In this document: piece after piece, positions 1-9,489 of the stretch
How positions within the stretch are numbered: position 1 is the stretch's first letter
How the letters are laid out: the number at the start of each line of letters is the position of its first letter
From: Verrucomicrobiota bacterium
GTDB lineage: Bacteria > Verrucomicrobiota > Verrucomicrobiia > Limisphaerales > SXQI01
Assembly (NCBI GenBank): GCA_033762115.1
Contig: JANRLX010000053.1
Location: 1 to 41,878, forward strand
Direction of reading: 5' to 3'
Length of the DNA stretch: 41,878 bases
Notes under the pieces: generated by a model
Database searches by the model: none
What the model was told of the DNA's origin: nothing
The model's input: the letters and a program-made list of their open reading frames with translations, nothing else
Position numbers and translations under genes: made by a program

Positions 1-2
1 TT

Positions 3-2027
3 TTCGCCGATCTCAACGAGAAAGGCTTTTATTCAGATGGATTTGGCAGAAACGACTGGGGACCTAAAATTGCCCTGGCACCGGAGAAGGACAAAGCACG
101 TGTCCAGGAGCTTGATCAGCAAATTTCAGCTGTGCGACAGGAGCTTGAGCGTGTGTCTGATGAGCATTTGGCCGGGGAACTTGTTGAATGGGAGAAAAAA
201 GTTCTGGAGGGGGAAGCATCAGGGACTTTGGAATGGAATCATCCAAAACCCACATCGATTGAAAGCAGTGGGGGAGCCACCCTGATGATTCAGGATGATC
301 AATCAGTGCTTTCAAGCGGATCAAACCCACAAATTGACGATTATACGATAACAGTTCCAGTTCCTTTAGGCAGACTTACAGCTATTCGCCTTGAATCCTT
401 GAGGGATGAAAGCCTTCTGGGAAACAGTATCGCTCGATCCGGCACCACCTTTTACATTTCGGAAGTAGTGGCTGAGTTAATCTCCTCAACCCGGGAGTCT
501 CAACCGATCAAGATTAGTCACGCCTTTGCTGATTACGCGCAGGATGGATTCCCAGTTCTAGGAACGATTGACCAAAACAGTTCAACCGCCTGGGCAGTGG
601 AGGGGGGCCACGCTGGAACCAAGCGAGCTGTGTTTGTCCCTGAAGAGCCCTTGAACATTCCAGAAGGTTCTCACCTGAAGGTCACAATAAGGCACAGTCG
701 AAAACACCCACGTCAGCACATCGGAAGATTTAGAATCGGCGTCACATCAAACGAATTTTCAGGAGTGGATCGATTTGGAATTTCCGAGGATGTTCTCAAA
801 GCCATTAAGACTCCGGCCAGTGAACGCAAAGAGGATCAACAAAAAGCCATCACGGCAGCTTACCGTCGGGTGAGTCCCTCGTTAAAAGTGAATAGAGTGA
901 CTCTGGCGCGTCTTGAAGCTGAACGAAATCAAATCACTGGCCAATGGCCAACCACGCTGGTTTCCCAATCAAAGGAACCAAGAACCATCCGTGTGCTTCC
1001 ACGAGGCAATTGGATGGATGACTCCGGGGAAGAGGTTGGTCCGGCTGTGCCAGGTTTTTTACCGCAGTTGGAAACATCGGGTCGCCCCAGCAGACTCGAT
1101 CTTGCCCATTGGTTTACCTCGCGGGAAAATCCCCTGACCGCGCGTGTCTTTGTTAATCGCCTTTGGAAACTTTACTTCGGAACAGGAATTTCGAAGACTC
1201 TCGACGACTTCGGCGCTCAAGGTGAATGGCCCACACATCCCGAACTTCTCGATTGGCTCGCGACTGAATTTATGGACACGGGCTGGAACATCAAACAGAT
1301 GGTTCGGACCATGGTCCTTTCACGAACTTATCGCCAGGCTTCGACGAGCAGTCGGGAGTTGGATGAAAAAGATCCCTACAACCGTTTGCTGGCCAGGCAA
1401 TCCCGTTTCCGGCTTGATGCAGAGTTGGTCCGGGACAACGCTCTGGCAATCAGCGGACTTCTTGTTGATAAACAGGGAGGTCCAAGCACTCATCCCTACC
1501 AGCCACCCGGTTATTATGCTGCCTTGAATTTTCCAAAGAGGGAATATGTGGAGGATGTAAGTGAAGGATTATATCGCCGCGGGCTTTATGTTCATTGGCA
1601 GAGAACTTTTCTTCATCCAAGTCTGCTGGCCTTCGACGCGCCGTCACGTGAGGAGTGTACTGTCAACCGAGTGAATTCGAATACGCCGTTACAGGCCTTG
1701 GTCCTGCTCAACGATCCGACCTATGTTGAAGCAGCCCGCGTTTTTGCGGCCAATTTGGTCCGCGAGCAAAAAGGGTTTCAGCCGCGATTAAATCTGGCTT
1801 TTGCGAAAACTGTCGCTCGTTCTCCTTCCCGAAAGGAAACCGAATTACTTAAAAAATTGTTCGAGAAGGAATTCAAACAGTATTCAAAAAGCACCGACGC
1901 TGCTCACCAACTTTTAAGCGTTGGCGAAGCGCCTGTCGCAACCGACCTCAACCCGGCAGAAGTGGCGGCATGGACTTCTGTAACACGCTCCTTGTTGAAC
2001 CTGCACGAAACCATCACACGCAATTAA
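3..2027 (+). CDS. PSD1/DUF1553 domain protein (planctomycete cytochrome c/PSCyt family), 5'-truncated by the window edge
   Basis: The frame is open from nt 3 (FADLNEKGFY...) into ORF 132..2027. It carries DUF1553 motifs NPLTARVFVNRLW, HPELLDWLA, RLDAELVRDNALAISGLL, RRGLY and NTPLQALVLLND, and is followed by a DUF1501 gene, the usual pairing. Confidence 0.9.
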   Translation, partial: FADLNEKGFYSDGFGRNDWGPKIALAPEKDKARVQELDQQISAVRQELERVSDEHLAGELVEWEKKVLEGEASGTLEWNHPKPTSIESSGGATLMIQDDQSVLSSGSNPQIDDYTITVPVPLGRLTAIRLESLRDESLLGNSIARSGTTFYISEVVAELISSTRESQPIKISHAFADYAQDGFPVLGTIDQNSSTAWAVEGGHAGTKRAVFVPEEPLNIPEGSHLKVTIRHSRKHPRQHIGRFRIGVTSNEFSGVDRFGISEDVLKAIKTPASERKEDQQKAITAAYRRVSPSLKVNRVTLARLEAERNQITGQWPTTLVSQSKEPRTIRVLPRGNWMDDSGEEVGPAVPGFLPQLETSGRPSRLDLAHWFTSRENPLTARVFVNRLWKLYFGTGISKTLDDFGAQGEWPTHPELLDWLATEFMDTGWNIKQMVRTMVLSRTYRQASTSSRELDEKDPYNRLLARQSRFRLDAELVRDNALAISGLLVDKQGGPSTHPYQPPGYYAALNFPKREYVEDVSEGLYRRGLYVHWQRTFLHPSLLAFDAPSREECTVNRVNSNTPLQALVLLNDPTYVEAARVFAANLVREQKGFQPRLNLAFAKTVARSPSRKETELLKKLFEKEFKQYSKSTDAAHQLLSVGEAPVATDLNPAEVAAWTSVTRSLLNLHETITRN

Positions 2028-2030
2028 AGC

Positions 2031-3452
2031 ATGTTCTCGATCGATCCTTTTGCCACTCATCTGAGCCGCCGAACATTCCTTTCCAGGAGCATGGCTGGGT
2101 TTGGCACGCTTGCGCTTGGCTCATTATTAAACCCACGCCTTTTCGCTGGGGAAACCTCCAAGCAGGGAATCATCAATCCGCTGCATCATGCGGCCAAGGC
2201 CAGACGAGTGATTTTTCTTTATCAGGCCGGTGGCCCATCCCACCTGGAAACGTTCGATTACAAACCGAAATTGGCGGAAATGCATGGGCAGGGGATGCCG
2301 GAGTCCTACACCAAAGGCCAGCAAATCGCCCAGCTTCAAGGGCGGGAACTGAAATGCTTTGGTCCACAGTTTGAATTCAAGAAATACGGCAAATCCGGCC
2401 AGGAAATATGTTCCTTGTTTCCGCACATTGGCAGTATTGCTGACGAAATCTGCATTATTCGATCCATGCACACGGAGCAGATCAATCATGATCCTGCCCA
2501 CACATTAATGAATACCGGATCGATTATTGCCGGTCGCCCCAGCATGGGTTCATGGCTCCTTTACGGTTTGGGTGCCGAAACAGAAAATCTTCCTGGCTAT
2601 GTTGTGCTGGTGTCGTCAGGCAGGGGAGGGCAGATGCAGCCGATTGCTGCCCGGCAATGGCATAGCGGTTTTCTTCCGAGCAAGTTCCAGGGAGTCAAAT
2701 TTCAATCAAAGGGTGACCCCGTCCTTTATTTAAACAACCCTCCAGGAGTGACTGCTGATTCACAAAAAGAGATTGTGGATGTCGTCAATAATTTGAACCG
2801 ATTGCAGCATGACGCGGTTCACGACCCGGAAATCAACACTCGGATCAGCCAGTATGAAATGGCATTCCGCATGCAATCCAGCGTTCCTGGATTAATGGAT
2901 GTTTCCGACGAACCCAGGCATATACTGGATATGTATGGGGCAAAACCGGGTGATGGCAGTTTCGCCTCCAATTGTCTTCTCGCGCGACGTCTTGCGGAAC
3001 GCGGAGTCCGATTTATCCAGTTGTATCATCGTGATTGGGACCATCACGATAATGTGAAAAGCGACATTCCACTTAAGGCGGAAGAGGTCGATCGGTCTTC
3101 AGCCGCATTGATCCAGGACCTCAAACAGCGCGGAATGCTTGAGGACACATTGGTGATCTGGGGGGGAGAATTCGGGCGAACTCCAATGGCGCAGGGTGTA
3201 GGCCGCGACCATCACATTAAAGGATTTTCAATGTGGATGGCTGGTGGGGGAATCAAGGGTGGAATTACCTACGGCGCGACGGATGAACTGGGCTATGCAG
3301 CTGTCGAAAATCCGGTTCACATCAATGATTTTCACGCCACCATGTTGCACCTGTTCGGGATTGATCACACTCGCTTGACTTATCGATTCCAGGGACGCGA
3401 TTTCCGCCTGACCGATATCGCTGGTGAGGTGGTCAAAAAAATCCTCGTCTAA
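2031..3452 (+). CDS. DUF1501 domain protein (sulfatase/alkaline-phosphatase-like)
   Basis: Twin-arginine-like LSRRTFL N-terminus; GGPSHLETFDYKP, NCLLARRLAERGVRFIQLY, WDHH, GEFGRTP and GRDH motifs. Confidence 0.92.
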   Translation: MFSIDPFATHLSRRTFLSRSMAGFGTLALGSLLNPRLFAGETSKQGIINPLHHAAKARRVIFLYQAGGPSHLETFDYKPKLAEMHGQGMPESYTKGQQIAQLQGRELKCFGPQFEFKKYGKSGQEICSLFPHIGSIADEICIIRSMHTEQINHDPAHTLMNTGSIIAGRPSMGSWLLYGLGAETENLPGYVVLVSSGRGGQMQPIAARQWHSGFLPSKFQGVKFQSKGDPVLYLNNPPGVTADSQKEIVDVVNNLNRLQHDAVHDPEINTRISQYEMAFRMQSSVPGLMDVSDEPRHILDMYGAKPGDGSFASNCLLARRLAERGVRFIQLYHRDWDHHDNVKSDIPLKAEEVDRSSAALIQDLKQRGMLEDTLVIWGGEFGRTPMAQGVGRDHHIKGFSMWMAGGGIKGGITYGATDELGYAAVENPVHINDFHATMLHLFGIDHTRLTYRFQGRDFRLTDIAGEVVKKILV

Positions 3453-3463
3453 ACACGCGTTCC

Positions 3464-4240
3464 ATGAAGGAAACGACACGTTTCGGCGGCATTCAGCGGC
3501 TTTATGGCACTGAAGGCCTGGAGCGACTTCAGAGCGCTCATGTGTGTGTCGTGGGGATTGGTGGTGTGGGCTCCTGGTCCGTGGAAGCTCTTGCCCGCTC
3601 GGGAATCGGAAGACTCACACTGGTGGACATGGACGATGTTTGTGTCAGTAATGTAAATCGACAACTGCACGCATTGGACGGCCAGATCGGGCACCCGAAA
3701 GTTGAAGTCATGGCTGAACGGGCAAAGTTGATCAATCCTGCTGCGGAATTGTTTCCAATAGTTGATTTTTTTAATGAAGAAACTGCCGCTGCTATTTTTC
3801 AAACTCCTTTTACTTATGTGCTTGATGCAATTGACCATCTTGCAAACAAATGCCTGTTGATTGCCACGGCGCACCGGCGCAACATTCCCGTTTTTGTCAT
3901 TGGAAGTGCTGGAGGACGGCGATCACCCCTCAATCTCCAGGTCACTGACCTTGGCTTATCCTCTCATGACAGGCTGCTTTCAGAAGTCCGGCGGATGTTA
4001 AGGTCACAGTATGGGTTTCCCACTGAACCTCGTACAATTTTCGGAGTCGATTGCGTCTATTCAAAAGAACCGGCGCTTTACCCGCAACCGGATGGAACTG
4101 TTTGCGCGACACGTGCCTCAGGAACATCTGTGCGGCTGGATTGCGACAGTGGTTATGGTACGGCGACTTTTGTCACGGGGACTTTCGGATTTGTGGCTGC
4201 CGCGGAAATCGTGAAAAAAATTGCCCTTACCCAGGCTTGA
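3464..4240 (+). CDS. tcdA: tRNA threonylcarbamoyladenosine dehydratase (ThiF/E1-like)
   Basis: RFGGIQRLYG, GIGGVGSWSVEALARSGIG, DMDDVCVSNVNRQ and C-terminal LDCDSGYGTATFVTGTFGF, typical of TcdA/CsdL. Confidence 0.9.
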   Translation: MKETTRFGGIQRLYGTEGLERLQSAHVCVVGIGGVGSWSVEALARSGIGRLTLVDMDDVCVSNVNRQLHALDGQIGHPKVEVMAERAKLINPAAELFPIVDFFNEETAAAIFQTPFTYVLDAIDHLANKCLLIATAHRRNIPVFVIGSAGGRRSPLNLQVTDLGLSSHDRLLSEVRRMLRSQYGFPTEPRTIFGVDCVYSKEPALYPQPDGTVCATRASGTSVRLDCDSGYGTATFVTGTFGFVAAAEIVKKIALTQA

Positions 4241-5033
4241 GAACTGTGGAGTAGAAATTCTTGAAATTGAGTTCGAACTGCGCAGCCAATTCTTTTAGTG
4301 GCATCCTTAACAATTCCGCTGTGAATTGGTAAATCATGGGAAGATTTGCAGGGCTGTTGATCAGGTCACCGTTTTGAGAGGTGAGTGGATGCAACTGTAA
4401 AGAGGGTGGCGGGAGCATGTCTGGGGCATCCGTTTCGATGAGTAATTTATCAATTGGTACAAACTTAAACAGATCAGCCGCAGCCCGTTTCCTTTCGTGC
4501 GCAAAGTAGCCTGAAATCGAAAAATAGGCCCCCAAATCACTCAGTTCAGCCAAAATCTCCCGTGATCCAGCAAAGGAATGCAGGAGAAACTTTGTGTCTG
4601 AGCTGATTTCCTGGCGCAATATCTTCAGCAAAGAGCCCCACGCTTTGAGACAGTGAATGGTAATGGGATAGTTACGCGCAACGGCGAATCGAAGCTGAAA
4701 TTCAAACGCTTCTTTTTGGAGATCAAATGGCGAATCCTGTATCCATTGATCCAGTCCAATTTCCCCAACACATCGCGATTGCTGTGCGAAGTCGGTAAAT
4801 TTTGATTTCCAATCCGGCGAAGCGCGGTGAGTGAACCATGGATGCAAACCAATGGATGGAATAAACCGGGAGCTTGTTTGCCCAAGATTGAGAACTGATT
4901 CCCAATCCGCTTCACAGGTTCCATTGACTGTCATCGCAGCAATGCTGCCATTAATAATCGATTCAAAGAGGTCCGGCCGGGCAGAATCCAGTCGATAATC
5001 CTGAAAATGATTATGGGCATCATAATAGTTCAT
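4227..5033 (-). CDS. TatD-family hydrolase/nuclease
   Basis: DAHNH, GLHPW, VGEIGLD, IHC, LHSFAGS and LLIETDAPD motifs. Confidence 0.92.
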   Translation of the reverse strand: MNYYDAHNHFQDYRLDSARPDLFESIINGSIAAMTVNGTCEADWESVLNLGQTSSRFIPSIGLHPWFTHRASPDWKSKFTDFAQQSRCVGEIGLDQWIQDSPFDLQKEAFEFQLRFAVARNYPITIHCLKAWGSLLKILRQEISSDTKFLLHSFAGSREILAELSDLGAYFSISGYFAHERKRAAADLFKFVPIDKLLIETDAPDMLPPPSLQLHPLTSQNGDLINSPANLPMIYQFTAELLRMPLKELAAQFELNFKNFYSTVLKPG

Positions 5034-5434
5034 GCCTGCTCTCGCGCGTAATCCTTAATTTTCTGGGCCAGAGCAGTGGTGGCGTTCCTGCGATTCGGAG
5101 TGAGCTGATGAGACAAGCCTGCTTCCTGCAAAAGAGCCGCCACATCAGCCTGCAATATTTCCATGGGAGACAGCTCGCTGAATAATTCGCAAATGACAGA
5201 GGCAAGACCGCGAACGATTGAGGAATCAGAATCACTTTGAAACCAGCAGCGACCACTTTCCATTCGGGAAAGCAACCAAAGATTTGAGAGGCATCCCTCG
5301 ACTCGGTTTTTTTCCGTGCGGGCACTTTCAGGAAAGGCTGGTTGTTCCTTCCCCTTTTTTATAATCCAGGCAAGTCGTTCCTGGTTCCCGCGAAAAGTGC
5401 TGAGTTCACGCAGCAACTGTTCCCGGGCATTCAA
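5030..5434 (-). CDS. SufE/CsdE-family sulfur-acceptor protein
   Basis: VEGCLSNLW (conserved Cys), SDSDSSIVRGL and LTPNRRN. Start placed at TTG 5434, just after the PhoH stop, instead of 5497. Confidence 0.85.
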   Translation of the reverse strand: MNAREQLLRELSTFRGNQERLAWIIKKGKEQPAFPESARTEKNRVEGCLSNLWLLSRMESGRCWFQSDSDSSIVRGLASVICELFSELSPMEILQADVAALLQEAGLSHQLTPNRRNATTALAQKIKDYAREQA

Positions 5435-5438
5435 GAGA

Positions 5439-6746
5439 TTACAAAATGTTGGCTGCCAACTCGGCAAGCTCGGAGCGTTCACCCTTCTGTAATTCAATAT
5501 GCGCGGCGCACGCTTGGCCCCTGAATTTGCTTACGATGTAGTTAAAACCGTTCGAAGCAGAATCCACGTAGGGATTATCAATTTGATAGGGATCACCTGT
5601 GAAAACAATCTTCGTTGATTGCCCCACGCGGGTGACAATCGTTTTTGCTTCCAGCGGGGTTAAATTTTGCGCTTCATCAATAACCATGAACTGGTTGGCA
5701 ATGCTGCGGCCTCGAATATAGCTTAATGCTTCGACCACAATCGTTCCTGAGCGGATCAGGTCATGACTGCGACGGCTTTCATGCCCCATGTTCAGGTCGC
5801 CGAGAAGTTCAAGGGTATCATGGATTGGTTGCATCCAAGGGGTCAGCTTTTCTTCGAGCGAGCCGGGGAGAAACCCAAGTTCTTTTCCCATGGAAATTGT
5901 AGGGCGGGCAACCACAAGTCGTCGAAACTCACGATCCATGACGGTGCGTTTCAGTCCAGCGGCCATTGCCATCAACGTTTTGCCTGTGCCAGCCTTGCCC
6001 ATTAATGTCACAAGTTTAATGCGGTCATCCAGTAATGCATCAAACGCAAAATGCTGCTCCCGGTTTCGCGGTTTGATTCCCCAGATTCCCTCGCGCCCAT
6101 CCAGGATCGGCACCAGCTTGCTCCCTGTGGAATCGACCTTGGTCAACGCGGTGCGTTTTGGATTCGTTTCATCGGTCAGAGCACAATACTCGTTGATGTA
6201 ATACTTCCCGTCTGTTAATTCCAATTCGCCGTTCGCACGAAACTGGGTCATTTTTTCGGTCGAGACGGTTTTCTCGAACATTCCTGTGTAAAGATCCTGA
6301 AGCAGAATCCGATCTGTTTCATAATCTTCTGCCTGAAGCCCAAGCACATCTGCTTTGATTCGAAGATTGATGTCCTTGGTGACTAGAACAGTGGGAATAT
6401 TTTTGTCCTTGTTCCACACATGGAAGGCCAGCGCAACGATTCGACTGTCAACTGTGTTATTCCCGAAGTAAAGAACCCCGCCGTTTTCCTTCTTGTCATG
6501 GAAAACGACCTTCAAACAGCCGCCGTTGGGGAGTCGAACTCCGTCGCTTAGATGGCCTTCACTGCGAAGATCATCCAATGACCGGGTGACGGTGCGTGCA
6601 TTTTGACCTAGTTCGGTGGATTCCCGTTTAAAACGGTCAATTTCCTCCAGCACATCAATCGGGATGAGAACGTTATTCTCTTTGAAATTGTGGATGGAAT
6701 TTGGATCATGAAGCAGGACATTGGTATCAAGGATGTAATTTTTCAC
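5439..6746 (-). CDS. PIN-PhoH (PhoH2-like) ATPase
   Basis: N-terminal PIN domain (YILDTNVLLHDP, VLEEID, VTKDINLR); Walker A GKAGTGKT; LGFLPG, YIRGRS, DEAQN and GDPYQID. Start is GTG 6746 or TTG 6752. Confidence 0.93.
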   Translation of the reverse strand: MKNYILDTNVLLHDPNSIHNFKENNVLIPIDVLEEIDRFKRESTELGQNARTVTRSLDDLRSEGHLSDGVRLPNGGCLKVVFHDKKENGGVLYFGNNTVDSRIVALAFHVWNKDKNIPTVLVTKDINLRIKADVLGLQAEDYETDRILLQDLYTGMFEKTVSTEKMTQFRANGELELTDGKYYINEYCALTDETNPKRTALTKVDSTGSKLVPILDGREGIWGIKPRNREQHFAFDALLDDRIKLVTLMGKAGTGKTLMAMAAGLKRTVMDREFRRLVVARPTISMGKELGFLPGSLEEKLTPWMQPIHDTLELLGDLNMGHESRRSHDLIRSGTIVVEALSYIRGRSIANQFMVIDEAQNLTPLEAKTIVTRVGQSTKIVFTGDPYQIDNPYVDSASNGFNYIVSKFRGQACAAHIELQKGERSELAELAANIL

Positions 6747-7404
6747 GGTCAACGAAGGCTAAGCTGGACATTCTTTTGTGCCATTCACGGAGGTATGGCT
6801 GTTGCTTGGAAAGTTGGTATTCACCCGAATAGAGAAAATTGGCGAGCATTCCCCATAAATCGAAATCGACGAAAAGGGGACGTGAATCAAGCAGGAATGG
6901 TCGGGTTGCCAGCATCTGTTCACAAGGAATCAAGAGTTCCTGAAGTTGTTTTAAGAGCTCGGGTTGCTGCTTTTTCCAGGTCTCAATGCAACCAACTCCA
7001 AAACGACGTTCCTTGTGCCGCAAATGAGCCAGCCAATGCTTCTCCGGCACCATGTTACGGGAAAAAATATCATTCAGCTTGAAGGTGATGCTTTCGACAT
7101 CATTCTCGAAATATCGCCAAAGCAAAGTTTGCACCCCTTCCCATTGTGGAGGAAAAAGATCCAGTCCAAGCTTCTGGTCAAGGTATTTGGCAATGACCTG
7201 AGAATTCTCGTCTGTTTCAAATATAACATTATCCCCATCCCGTACAACCGGAACTTTGTAATAGCGCTCCCTGGTTATTTTCCAAATCAGATCGCGATTG
7301 CCCGCGGGAATATCCACGACTTTAAAACGGGTGCCTGAATATTGAAGAATTCGATGAATAACAAGGCAATACGGGCTCCAGGGAAGCTGAAAAAGTTCGA
7401 TCAT
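6727..7404 (-). CDS. Glutathione S-transferase-family protein
   Basis: MIELFQLPWSPYC thioredoxin-like start, KVPVV, and C-terminal PFLL..P..VDFDL. ATG 7404 is preferred over the 7497 ORF start. Confidence 0.8.
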   Translation of the reverse strand: MIELFQLPWSPYCLVIHRILQYSGTRFKVVDIPAGNRDLIWKITRERYYKVPVVRDGDNVIFETDENSQVIAKYLDQKLGLDLFPPQWEGVQTLLWRYFENDVESITFKLNDIFSRNMVPEKHWLAHLRHKERRFGVGCIETWKKQQPELLKQLQELLIPCEQMLATRPFLLDSRPLFVDFDLWGMLANFLYSGEYQLSKQQPYLREWHKRMSSLAFVDREKLHP

Positions 7405-7445
7405 CAACCACGCCTCATCACTGTTTGGAGAAACGACACGCCGAG

Positions 7446-7474
7446 ACGTTACGGGGCCAAAAAATAGCTGACAA
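7446..7474 (-). promoter_or_regulatory. Putative sigma70 promoter of the GST-PhoH2-SufE-TatD operon
   Basis: Minus strand TTGTCA-17 nt-TAACGT, about 40 nt upstream of ATG 7404. Confidence 0.5.
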
Positions 7475-7523
7475 GCGCAAACCTCCCATGCGCACATGAA
7501 TTTTGAGGAGGGGGAATGAATGC

Positions 7524-7560
7524 AAAAAAAAAGCGGCCTTCCTCGGAAAGAAAGCCGCTT
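7524..7560 (-). terminator. Intrinsic terminator after the ftsH paralog
   Basis: AAGCGGC...GCCGCTT stem with an A-run on + (U-tract on -), about 25 nt past the stop at 7584. Confidence 0.75.
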
Positions 7561-7583
7561 AAGGTTTAGATGGCGGGGGCTTG

Positions 7584-9365
7584 CTAAACAGCACGCGCTG
7601 ACTGACGCGGGAGGTTCACGTCAGGCGGGGTGCAGGCTTGGTTTTGGGCATCCTCCTGCTCTATATATTGAAGAACCTGCTCCCTGGTGAGCGTTTCTTC
7701 AATTAGCAGTTTCTCGGCAATCTTGACGACCGATTCTTTATTCTGGAGCAAAATCTCATGCGCTTCCTTGTGGGCGTTGGAAAGAAGGAGGTTGATTTCG
7801 CGTTCTGCATCTTCCTTGTTCGGTTCGTAAAAAAGTTTTTGGCCCATGCCCCAGTCATGCACCATCTTACGGGCAATGTTCTTGGCGCTGTCGAAATCGC
7901 CGTTCGCTCCATTGGTCATATCGCCAATGAAAAGATTTTCCGCGGCGCGACCGCCCATCAACAAAGTCAATTGCTGAAGGAGAAAAGTCCGACTGTGGAT
8001 GTTTTGATCCTCGTTGGGAAGAGTGGTGCAGGAACCAAGGGCATTCCCGCGCGGAATAATGCTGACCTTATGCAGCGGCGGCAGTTTTGTCTTGTTCAGG
8101 CTGATGATTGCATGGCCTGCTTCATGATAAGCAATGACCCGTCGTTCATCCTCTTTCAGGGTCATTGATTTACGTTCTTTCCCCCATCGAACCTTGTCCC
8201 TGGCTTCTTCAAGCTCTTTAAGGCTGATCTCAGTCATGCTCCGTTGGGCGCTGAGAATGGCAGCTTCATTGATGACATTGGCAAGATCGGCCCCTGACAT
8301 CCCTGGGGTGGTTCTGGCAATGATGTCCAGAGTCAGTTCAGGGGTGGTGATCGGAGCTTTCCGGCCGTGTGTCTTCAAAATGGCCCTGCGACCAACCATG
8401 TCTGGCAATGGCACGAAAACCTTGCGGTCAAAACGGCCAGGGCGCAGGAGGGCCTCATCAAGATCCTCAGGGCGGTTGGTTGCGGCAACCACAATAATTC
8501 CTTCCGAACTGTCAAACCCATCCATTGCTGTCAGCAATGCATTGTTCGTCTGCTGCAACTCACCGCTGTGATCATTTTTTCGGTTTTTTCCCAGGCAATC
8601 GATCTCATCGATAAATATGATGGCAGGAGCTGCCTTGCGGGCCTGATTAAACAGTTCACGGATTCGCTTGGCGCCTACTCCAACATAGATTTCGTTGAAA
8701 TCGCTTCCGCTGGCGCTGAAGAAACTCGCATTGGCTTCACCTGCAATCGCCTTGGCCAGCATGGTTTTTCCTGTGCCGGGAGGGCCAATGAGGAGAATAC
8801 CTTTCGGGAGGTTGCCACCGAGTTGCTGGTATTTGCCTGGATTGCGTAGGAAATCGATGACTTCCTGAACTTCTGCTTTGGCTTCCTCCACTCCTGCGAT
8901 GTCATTAAAACGCACATTCGGACGAAGACGAATACGATGAGTGGCTTTTCCTTTCCCGGTATTTTGTTGATACAGGAGCAATCCTATGACCAGCAAGGCA
9001 ATCGTGATCGAGGGAAGCATGTCCAGAACCCTGCCACGTGTACTCGATTTGGGCATGGAAAGTGTCGTTCCCGGAGTGGCAAGAATGCCCTGAAGCTCCG
9101 CTTCCGTCAGGTGGGTGGTAATCGTGAAATCCACCTTGTTTTTGCGGGAAGGACGCTGGTAACTGCCCTTTACCATGTAAATATTTTCAAATCCCCTGGG
9201 AGAGACTTCAGCGTTGATAAAAGCTTTTTCCTGCTGAAGAAGCTGAAGGCGGGTGCGTGAAATTTCCTCAGGGCCCAGTTCAGGGGTGGGCAGGAGCCGA
9301 ACACCAGCAGCAAGTGAAATTGCCACCAGGAGAGCGGGCAGATATTTTTTATATTTTTTCAGCAT
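7584..9365 (-). CDS. ftsH: ATP-dependent zinc metalloprotease, FtsH family (divergent paralog)
   Basis: Two N-terminal hydrophobic segments; [40 protein letters not shown]; zinc motif HEAGH; GGRAAE. Confidence 0.9.
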   Translation of the reverse strand: MLKKYKKYLPALLVAISLAAGVRLLPTPELGPEEISRTRLQLLQQEKAFINAEVSPRGFENIYMVKGSYQRPSRKNKVDFTITTHLTEAELQGILATPGTTLSMPKSSTRGRVLDMLPSITIALLVIGLLLYQQNTGKGKATHRIRLRPNVRFNDIAGVEEAKAEVQEVIDFLRNPGKYQQLGGNLPKGILLIGPPGTGKTMLAKAIAGEANASFFSASGSDFNEIYVGVGAKRIRELFNQARKAAPAIIFIDEIDCLGKNRKNDHSGELQQTNNALLTAMDGFDSSEGIIVVAATNRPEDLDEALLRPGRFDRKVFVPLPDMVGRRAILKTHGRKAPITTPELTLDIIARTTPGMSGADLANVINEAAILSAQRSMTEISLKELEEARDKVRWGKERKSMTLKEDERRVIAYHEAGHAIISLNKTKLPPLHKVSIIPRGNALGSCTTLPNEDQNIHSRTFLLQQLTLLMGGRAAENLFIGDMTNGANGDFDSAKNIARKMVHDWGMGQKLFYEPNKEDAEREINLLLSNAHKEAHEILLQNKESVVKIAEKLLIEETLTREQVLQYIEQEDAQNQACTPPDVNLPRQSARAV

Positions 9366-9454
9366 TATACCAGGAATTTTGACCGGTTAAGCGGAAAGCA
9401 TGCCAGAGTAGCCAGACTGACTTGAATTCCACGAATTGCCCCAACACAAACGGC

Positions 9455-9483
9455 TTGCGCCACAATACTTCATCCCCTACAAC
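9455..9483 (+). promoter_or_regulatory. Putative sigma70 promoter of ispA (probably leaderless)
   Basis: TTGCGC-17 nt-TACAAC, ending 6 nt before ATG 9490. Confidence 0.45.
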
Positions 9484-9489
9484 CCCCCC

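Noticed and set aside
5435..5497. SufE N-terminal extension overlapping PhoH by 59 nt
   Set aside because: The extension is not SufE-like, and an in-frame TTG right after the PhoH stop is more plausible.
9364..9372. Extended -10 TGGTATAAT on the minus strand at the ftsH start
   Set aside because: It overlaps the ATG itself, so it cannot drive a transcript containing that start codon and the first TM helix.
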